Of a DNA stretch of 36,411 nt, positions 1 to 5,373 are shown in pieces. Position numbers and translations under genes: made by a program. This stretch comes from Caldisericia bacterium (GTDB taxonomy: Bacteria; Caldisericota; Caldisericia; UBA6126; JAGPKI01). The number at the start of each line of letters is the position of its first letter. The first letter of the stretch is position 1. The notes under the pieces are model-generated. The model saw only the letters and a program-made list of their open reading frames with translations. It was not told the DNA's origin and made no database searches. The stretch spans positions 1-36,411 of the forward strand of contig JAGPKI010000001.1 in the NCBI GenBank assembly GCA_018054005.1. Direction: 5' to 3'.

Positions 1-2
1 TC

Positions 3-335
3 GAGATTTTAGGCATTGAGTGTGAACCAAAATATTCTGAGCCTCATTATGACATCATTCTTAAAATAAAAATGAAATCTGAAAAACTTTTTAATAAATT
101 TATGAATTTAGTTCAAGAGGTGTCTCCCATTGATTCATTCATTACACCCATTCCGTTTGTTCAAGAGGGATACAGTTTACCAATAGTAATGGCTGGTGGG
201 ACATTTACTCAAGGATCATCAATTGAGTTTTCTGCTGATGGATTTTACGCTTACCCGTTTAATATTTATTTTCAGGGTGGACTATATTTTGAGCAATCCA
301 GAATTTTAGCTGAAAAGTTATTATCAAACCTTTAA
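3..335 (+). CDS. hypothetical protein, probably 5'-truncated by the window edge (ORF track starts it at ATG 72)
   Basis: Frame 3 is open from nt 3 (EILGIECEPKYSEPHYDIILKIK-MKSEKLF...) and is in frame with the 72..335 ORF. No obvious SD precedes ATG 72. I recognise no family motif. The stop TAA at 333-335 lies inside the 5' boundary motif of repeat copy A. Confidence 0.4.
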   Translation, partial: EILGIECEPKYSEPHYDIILKIKMKSEKLFNKFMNLVQEVSPIDSFITPIPFVQEGYSLPIVMAGGTFTQGSSIEFSADGFYAYPFNIYFQGGLYFEQSRILAEKLLSNL

Positions 336-530
336 CATTCATGGCATTTTTGCCACAACACAAGCATGAAAATAATAACTTTAATCTTTCTCTTGTGCCA
401 CTTATATAATCTTGTATAAATGAACAATTAAAATTCAATCTCTTTATTAAATATAATTTTATAATTTTGGAGTTATTATTTTCGGAGGAAATAAGTTTAT
501 AAGTTTTATATTTTTTAAGCAATAAATTAA
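330..530 (+). repeat. Intergenic repeat family, copy A (core 351-492)
   Basis: By hand alignment, 351-420 matches 31873-31942 at 63 of 70 positions. It shares the 5' box GCATGAAAAT(A/G)ATA(A/T)CTTTAATC and the 3' box ATAATTTTGGAG(TT/AA)ATTATTTT(C/T)G(G/T)AGGAAAT with copies B, C and D. Confidence 0.85.
366..419 (+). CDS. candidate small hydrophobic peptide, 17 aa (MKIITLIFLLCHLYNLV), inside repeat copy A
   Basis: ATG-to-TAA frame translated by hand. Homologous open frames exist in all four repeat copies, and the substitutions are conservative (I/M/L, T/S, F/L/Y). There is no canonical SD upstream, so translation is unproven. Confidence 0.3.
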   Translation: MKIITLIFLLCHLYNLV

Positions 531-547
531 AAAAATATTCATTTTAA

Positions 548-590
548 ATGTCTGTAATGTAGCGTTTACAGACATAACGCTCTATTTTTT
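548..590 (+). terminator. two mutually exclusive hairpins, the second followed by a T-run (possible intrinsic terminator of the copy A transcript)
   Basis: Hairpin 1 pairs ATGTCTGTAA (548-557) with TTACAGACAT (566-575), 10 bp. Hairpin 2 pairs AGCGTT (561-566) with AACGCT (576-581) and is followed by CTATTTTTT (582-590). Confidence 0.3.
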
Positions 591-700
591 CTTGAGTAAA
601 TTAGAAAAGAACAGGAATTTTGCCGTATAATTATTCTACTCTAATATTTCGAGGAATAAATTTTACCTCTTCTGTTACAAAAACGAAATATGTAAATAAA

Positions 701-740
701 TAGGTTAATTTAGGTTAATTTAGGATAATTTAGGATAATG
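701..740 (+). repeat. 4 x 10-bp tandem repeat TAGG(T/A)TAATT
   Basis: The units are TAGGTTAATT, TAGGTTAATT, TAGGATAATT and TAGGATAATG, read directly. The period of 10 bp is one helical turn. The array lies about 150 bp upstream of the 894 CDS. Confidence 0.9.
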
Positions 741-893
741 CAAGCAGATAGTTGAAAAATGGATATAATATATATATTTGTTTATGTTTTTAAGAAAAAA
801 ATTTAAATATAGGATTAATATAAATATATAGTAATTTTAAGAGCAAAACATAGCAATTTTACAAATTTTTTTATTAAAGATGGAAGGTAAATT

Positions 894-2018
894 ATGAATT
901 TAAAGATGCCAAAGTTAGTAATAGGTGACCTTGATGTTAAAGTACCAATAATTCAAGGAGGGATGGGTGTAGGTATCTCTTTGGCAGGTTTAGCTTCAGC
1001 TGTAGCAAATGAGGGGGCTATTGGTGTAATTAGTTCAGCTGGTATCGGCATGCTTGAACCTGATTTTAGAACAAATTTCAAAGAAGCAAACAGAAGAGCA
1101 TTAAAAAATGAAATAAGGAAAGCAAGAAAAATGACTGATGGAATCATAGGTGTTAATATTATGGTTGCCCTTTCTGATTTTAATGATCTTGTATTAACAG
1201 CGTTAGAAGAAATGGTAGATATAATTTTTTTTGGAGCAGGTATTACTTTGAATAATCTCAAAACATTAGCTGAAGGCAAAATAGAAAAAATTACAACTAA
1301 GTTTGTACCAATAATTTCATCAGGGAAATCTGCAAGAATTATATTTCAGTGGTGGTCAAGACATTACAATTATGTACCTGATGCAGTAGTTGTTGAAGGA
1401 CCATTAGCTGGTGGTCATCTCGGTTTCACGAGAGAGCAGATCAATAATCCTAATTATGCTTTAGAAAAATTGTTATTAGATGTAATTTCAATAATAATTC
1501 CATTTGAAGATCAATATAGTAAAAAAATTCCTGTAATTGCTGCAGGAGGTGTTTATACAGGTGAAGATATTTATAAATTAATTAATTTAGGCGCAGATGG
1601 TGTACAAATGGCAACAAGATTTGTTACTACTTTTGAATGTGATGCATCTGATGAGTTTAAAGAGGCTTATATAAATTGTAATAAGGATGATATTGTAATA
1701 ATTGAAAGTCCTGTAGGAATGCCTGGGAGGGCTATTCGAAATAGATTTATTGAAGACATTTCTTTGGGAATTAAAAAACCTTTTAAATGTCCATGGAAGT
1801 GTCTTAAAACTTGCGATTTTACTAAATCTAAATATTGCATTGCACTTGCATTAACTAATGCTAAATTAGGTAATCTTGATGAAGGTTTTGTATTTGCAGG
1901 AGCTAATGCATATCTTTCAAATAAAATTATCTCAGTAAAAAAACTTATAGAAGAACTATCCGAGGAATACAAAATAGCAGCATTGAATGATTCTAAACTC
2001 TCTAATGCAAGATTATAA
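894..2018 (+). CDS. NAD(P)H-dependent flavin oxidoreductase of the nitronate monooxygenase / FabK-like (NMO) family
   Basis: 374-aa ORF. PIIQGGMGVGIS...GAIGVISSAG and IAAGGVYTGEDI...GADGVQMATRF are typical FMN-binding TIM-barrel motifs of the NMO family. A GGAAGG SD lies about 7 nt before the ATG. Confidence 0.8.
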   Translation: MNLKMPKLVIGDLDVKVPIIQGGMGVGISLAGLASAVANEGAIGVISSAGIGMLEPDFRTNFKEANRRALKNEIRKARKMTDGIIGVNIMVALSDFNDLVLTALEEMVDIIFFGAGITLNNLKTLAEGKIEKITTKFVPIISSGKSARIIFQWWSRHYNYVPDAVVVEGPLAGGHLGFTREQINNPNYALEKLLLDVISIIIPFEDQYSKKIPVIAAGGVYTGEDIYKLINLGADGVQMATRFVTTFECDASDEFKEAYINCNKDDIVIIESPVGMPGRAIRNRFIEDISLGIKKPFKCPWKCLKTCDFTKSKYCIALALTNAKLGNLDEGFVFAGANAYLSNKIISVKKLIEELSEEYKIAALNDSKLSNARL

Positions 2019-2085
2019 CTAATAATTATTTTTAGCTTTTTAAATATATTTAGCTGAAGTTAATTATGCATGCTATTAGAAATAA

Positions 2086-2243
2086 ACTTCTGAGAAATAA
2101 ACATCTAATAAGTATTTCTACCACAATAAGGCATGAAAATGATATCTTTAATCCTTTTATATTTTTTATATATTACTAAAAAACCTTATCTACATTACCA
2201 AATATAATCTTATAATTTTGGAGAAATTATTTTTGTAGGAAAT
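2086..2243 (+). repeat. Intergenic repeat family, copy B (core 2112-2243)
   Basis: GTATTTCTACCACAATAAGGCATGAAAATGATATCTTTAATCC ... AAATATAATCTTATAATTTTGGAGAAATTATTTTTGTAGGAAAT aligns to copies A and D. The upstream AACTTCTGAGAAAT is shared with copy C. Confidence 0.75.
2133..2207 (+). CDS. candidate small peptide, 24 aa (MKMISLILLYFLYITKKPYLHYQI), inside repeat copy B
   Basis: Hand translation. The N-terminal MKMISLILL is homologous to the other copies, while the C-terminus diverges. No SD. Confidence 0.25.
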   Translation: MKMISLILLYFLYITKKPYLHYQI

Positions 2244-2462
2244 TCAGATTAATTTAAGAAGAGAAAAAAACGTGAAAATAAGTTAAAAATTAGAGGAAAC
2301 AAAAGGATGCAAGGAAGAAGTTAGAGCGAAAATGATAAGATTTGTAAGGATTAAAAGCAAAACTAAGGAGTTTTTCAGAGCTCTCTTAATATGAATTTAA
2401 TATCATTTAGAAGAAGTGATTCACAATTAGAATAGAAAGACAATTTATTTAGTTTATAGGTG

Positions 2463-2490
2463 TTGACTTTTAATTTTTTTTAAATATTCT
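2463..2490 (+). promoter_or_regulatory. candidate sigma70-type promoter of the rpsP operon
   Basis: TTGACT (2463-2468), 16-nt spacer, TATTCT (2485-2490), about 50 nt upstream of the rpsP GTG. Confidence 0.4.
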
Positions 2491-2542
2491 ATTACTCACT
2501 TGCTCAAAAATAGTTAAATTTGTTGAGAGGAGAATTTGATTT

Positions 2543-2845
2543 GTGGTTAAAATAAAGCTTGTTAGAATAGGAGCGCCTCACAGACCAAGTTATAGGTTTG
2601 TTGTTATGGACTCGAGAAAGAGTGTTAAAAGTAATTATTTAGAATTACTTGGCACATATAATCCATTAGAAAGTGATGATAAAAAGAAGTTTATCCTAAA
2701 TGAGGACAAAACTCTAAAATGGCTCGAAAAAGGAGCACAACCTACTGAAAAAGTAAAAAGTATACTACGAAAAACATATATTTGGCAGAAATTTATCGCA
2801 ACGAAAAATCAAAAGGAGGATAAGTTAAATGAAACAGCTAATTGA
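2543..2845 (+). CDS. rpsP: 30S ribosomal protein bS16
   Basis: MVKIKLVRIGAPHRPSYRFVV is the canonical S16 N-terminus. GTG start preceded by a GAGAGGAG SD. Confidence 0.93.
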   Translation: MVKIKLVRIGAPHRPSYRFVVMDSRKSVKSNYLELLGTYNPLESDDKKKFILNEDKTLKWLEKGAQPTEKVKSILRKTYIWQKFIATKNQKEDKLNETAN

Positions 2846-3059
2846 GGAAATTGTTAAAACTTTGGTGGATCATCCAGAGCAAGTTTTTGTACAAGAAGTA
2901 GCAGGTCAACAATCTATTGTATATGAAATCAAAGTTGACCCAGCAGACATCGGTAAAGTTATTGGCAAGCAAGGGAAAACCGCCAATGCAATAAGGTTTC
3001 TTATAAGAGCAGCAGCTGCTAAAAACGGCAAGAATGCTGTTATAAACATTATTTCGTAG
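2829..3059 (+). CDS. khpA: KH-domain RNA-binding protein (YlqC/KhpA family)
   Basis: 76 aa with the KH GXXG loop (VIGKQGKTANAIR). It sits in the conserved position directly after rpsP, overlapping it by 17 nt. Strong AAGGAGG SD. Confidence 0.85.
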   Translation: MKQLIEEIVKTLVDHPEQVFVQEVAGQQSIVYEIKVDPADIGKVIGKQGKTANAIRFLIRAAAAKNGKNAVINIIS

Positions 3060-3068
3060 AGACCTTAA

Positions 3069-3482
3069 TTGGCTACAATAACTTTAAACAGAAAAGTTCT
3101 TATTAAGGTTATAGTTTCACAAGAATTTAAGGATAGCTTTATTAAGCAACTTGAGGTATTGATTAGCGAAATTAAAACCAACATTGAGAAGCTCAAATCT
3201 GAAGAAAGTAAACTGCTTCTCAATGTTGGTTCTTCTTTCAGCGCACAAGAGCTTGGAAACATTAGAGCAAGGATTTCAAAAGAGCGTGAATCTCAAGAAA
3301 CAGCAAAAAAAGAAATAGAAAATAAGATAGATGAAGTAAAAAATCTTGAAATCGGAACTCTATATCCTTATGCATCTATTGATGGAACTGTGGATATCAA
3401 GGAAGGAGACAATCTCTGGGAGAAGCTTAATGGAAGCGAGATTACTGTCAGAGACGGAATAGTTATTTCAATAAAAACCTAA
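3069..3482 (+). CDS. ylqD: YlqD family protein
   Basis: 137 aa with a coiled-coil middle. The C-terminal ...IKEGDNLWEKLNGSEITVRDGIVISIK resembles the Bacillus YlqD C-terminus as I recall it. It occupies the rpsP-ylqC-ylqD position. The TTG start has a weak SD, so the start is uncertain. Confidence 0.65.
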   Translation: MATITLNRKVLIKVIVSQEFKDSFIKQLEVLISEIKTNIEKLKSEESKLLLNVGSSFSAQELGNIRARISKERESQETAKKEIENKIDEVKNLEIGTLYPYASIDGTVDIKEGDNLWEKLNGSEITVRDGIVISIKT

Positions 3483-3484
3483 TT

Positions 3485-4246
3485 TTGGTTAAATATTTTA
3501 ACTACTTAACGACATTTCCAGAAATAATCGAAAGCTATTTTTCTTATAGCATACCTAGTAAAGCTATTAAGAAGAATTTAATAAGATATTCATGTATAAA
3601 TTTAAGAGATTATACAACGGATAAACATAAAACCACTGACGATTCACCTTATGGTGGAGGAGCAGGAATGCTCATGAAAATGGAGCCATTTTTAAGAGCT
3701 TTAGAAGAAAATAAATTAACTTCCACTACAATAATCATGCCTTCCCCAAAAGGAAAGATAATTACTCAAGAGTTAATTCAAGAAATAGCTTCTAATAGCG
3801 AGGCAATAACATTTTTATGTGGGCACTACGAAGGTATAGACGAGAGATTAAGCACTTTTGCTACATATGTTTTATCTATCGGAGACTATATTGTAGGAGG
3901 AGGAGAAATCTCTGCAATCGTTATTACGGATGCACTAATTAGACTTATTGATGGTGTTATAGGTAATCCTGCTTCATTAATAAATGAAACTTTTAGCAAA
4001 AAAAAATTAAGCGCTCCAGAATTTACAAAGCCAGCCGAATTTGAAGGTTTAAACGTACCCTCCATATTATTATCTGGTAATCATGAGAAAATAAAAAATT
4101 GGAAGGAAAAAGAATCTCTTAAATGGAGTCTTCTTTTAAGAGGAGAATTGATAAAAAAAAACGAACTTTCTCCATTAGATAAGAAGTATTTAAAACAAAT
4201 TAAGGATGAATTAGTAGAGCTTATTGATAATTTATTAGATGAATAA
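3485..4246 (+). CDS. trmD: tRNA (guanine37-N1)-methyltransferase
   Basis: TTFPEI..., SPYGGGAGMLMK and CGHYEGIDER are TrmD motifs. TTG is the only available start, 2 nt after the ylqD stop, implying translational coupling. Confidence 0.92.
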   Translation: MVKYFNYLTTFPEIIESYFSYSIPSKAIKKNLIRYSCINLRDYTTDKHKTTDDSPYGGGAGMLMKMEPFLRALEENKLTSTTIIMPSPKGKIITQELIQEIASNSEAITFLCGHYEGIDERLSTFATYVLSIGDYIVGGGEISAIVITDALIRLIDGVIGNPASLINETFSKKKLSAPEFTKPAEFEGLNVPSILLSGNHEKIKNWKEKESLKWSLLLRGELIKKNELSPLDKKYLKQIKDELVELIDNLLDE

Positions 4247-4823
4247 TATAATTATCGGTTTATTACATTATCCCGTATTAAATAAAAATGGCGAAGAAAT
4301 AACAACTTCAATTACACCTTTCGATATTCATGATATTGCGAGATCAGCTTATTCTTTTGGTGTTGATTATTTTTATATTGTACATCCATCTCTAAAGCAA
4401 AAAGCTGTATCTGAAAGAATTATAAATTTCTGGCAAAAAGGTTTTGGTAAGTCTTATAACCAGAGCAGAAGTTTAGCTTTTGATATAGTTAAGTTTGCTA
4501 TCTCTTTAGAGGAAGCTAAAGAATTAATAAGGGATCAATATGGAAAAAATGCAAAAATTATTTCAACAACCGCCCGTAAAATAGAAACGGAGAAATTAAT
4601 ATCCATAGAAGAGGCTTCAAAAATGTCAATAAATGAACCAATTTTTCTACTTTTTGGTACTGGATGGGGATTAACCTATAATACTTTACAATCAGGAGAT
4701 TTTATTTTAAAGCCCATAGAAGGAATTTCAGATTACAACCATCTTTCTGTAAGAGCAGCATCTGCTATTATACTTTATTTACTCAGTGAAAGTCGAAAAA
4801 ACTTTCTTAGATTGTTAGAATAA
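4239..4823 (+). CDS. predicted SPOUT-fold RNA methyltransferase (TM1570 / Methyltrn_RNA_4-like)
   Basis: 194 aa, overlapping trmD by 8 nt. Its size and its position after trmD recall the uncharacterised SPOUT protein that follows trmD in Thermotoga. This assignment is from memory and was not searched. Confidence 0.5.
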   Translation: MNNIIIGLLHYPVLNKNGEEITTSITPFDIHDIARSAYSFGVDYFYIVHPSLKQKAVSERIINFWQKGFGKSYNQSRSLAFDIVKFAISLEEAKELIRDQYGKNAKIISTTARKIETEKLISIEEASKMSINEPIFLLFGTGWGLTYNTLQSGDFILKPIEGISDYNHLSVRAASAIILYLLSESRKNFLRLLE

Positions 4824-4833
4824 ATATAAAACA

Positions 4834-5373
4834 TCAAAGTGGTTTTACATCTAAATGTAAGCCAGTTTTTAATGCTTCATAATTAATTTCAAAACTCTCT
4901 CCTTTGAATATAGTTGAAAGAGCTTTAGATAATGATTCAAAGCTAACAATATTTAGAATTTTTGTAGTATAACCTAAAATAATCATATTTGTTAGTATTT
5001 TAGAATTAAACTTTTCTTCGGCTATCTGTGTAAATGGAGAAGCATAAATTTTAAATGAATTGTCCTTTTTAAATGATTTAACCATAAAAGAGTCAACAAT
5101 CATTATTCCATTGTTCTTCAGATTTACACCATATTTCTTATATGCTTCTTCAGTTATAGCTATCAAGATATCAGGTACAAGAACACGAGGAAAAAAAATT
5201 TGCCTATCACTAATTATTACTTCGCTTTTCGTTGCACCACCTCTTGCCTCAGCACCATAAACTTGACTTTGTAGAACGTTCATTGATTCTAATACAGCCG
5301 CTTTAGCAAGAATTCTTGAAGCGAGAACTAACCCTTGACCTCCAGAACCACTGAAAATAATTTCAACTTTCAT
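4834..5373 (-). CDS. 2-oxoacid:ferredoxin oxidoreductase, gamma subunit
   Basis: 179 aa with the N-terminal SGSGGQG motif typical of OFOR gamma subunits. It is the last gene of a delta-alpha-beta-gamma operon. Confidence 0.88.
   Translation of the reverse strand: MKVEIIFSGSGGQGLVLASRILAKAAVLESMNVLQSQVYGAEARGGATKSEVIISDRQIFFPRVLVPDILIAITEEAYKKYGVNLKNNGIMIVDSFMVKSFKKDNSFKIYASPFTQIAEEKFNSKILTNMIILGYTTKILNIVSFESLSKALSTIFKGESFEINYEALKTGLHLDVKPL
4840..4870 (+). terminator. candidate intrinsic terminator for the plus-strand rpsP-trmD operon, embedded in the 3' end of the convergent gamma-subunit gene
   Basis: TGGTTTTACAT-CTAA-ATGTAAGCCA forms a 6-bp stem plus a G:U, a 1-nt bulge and 3 more bp. It is followed by GTTTTT (4865-4870) and starts 17 nt after the stop at 4823. 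Confidence 0.35.

Noticed and set aside
259-522. 87-aa minus-strand ORF spanning repeat copy A antisense to the mini-ORF
   Set aside because: No equivalent open frame exists antisense to copies B, C or D. It overlaps the 3' end of the 3..335 ORF, its composition is low-complexity (K/N/I/L-rich), and it has no SD. It is most likely a chance frame in AT-rich DNA.
330-530. IS200/IS605-type TnpB omega/reRNA, IscB HEARO RNA, retron msr-msd or integron attC as the identity of the repeat
   Set aside because: There is no TnpA, TnpB, IscB, reverse transcriptase or integrase ORF in any frame near any copy. The edge ORF C-terminus lacks RuvC or zinc-finger motifs. The arms do not match the attC R''/R' cores (RYYYAAC/GTTRRRY). 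The sharp 3' boundary at GAAAT followed by variable sequence is reminiscent of a transposon right end, so an orphan or derived element cannot be excluded without a genome-wide search.
701-740. CRISPR array
   Set aside because: The units are 10 bp, directly abutting without spacers, and only four are present. No cas genes are in the window.
953-1972. Antisense or alternate-frame ORFs inside well-supported genes. They are 953..1279, 1667..1972, 5060..5260, 5951..6202, 6948..7214, 7271..7519, 8363..8710, 9121..9444, 10608..10997 and 12279..12506. The list continues with 12772..13035, 15430..15633, 16692..17006, 16942..17265, 18727..19080, 19957..20298 and 22310..22492. It ends with 22685..22879, 23873..24058, 25461..25775, 26910..27152, 29472..29810, 30368..30739 and 34376..34687.
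   Set aside because: Each lies wholly within a longer ORF that has clear family motifs. Their products are low-complexity or Ser/Leu/Phe/Ile-rich, as expected for shadow frames, and they have no SDs. They are not reported as features.
2031-2044. 14-nt exact match TTTAGCTTTTTAAA at 2031-2044 and 19581-19594, next to copies B and C
   Set aside because: The match is on the same absolute strand although the two repeat copies are in opposite orientations. A rough estimate for this base composition predicts many chance 14-mer matches in a 36-kb window. I treat it as coincidence.
2332-2394. 20-codon ORF (MIRFVRIKSKTKEFFRALLI) in the purine-rich tract upstream of rpsP
   Set aside because: It has no paralogue in the other intergenic regions, no convincing SD at proper spacing, and no conservation evidence available from the window alone.
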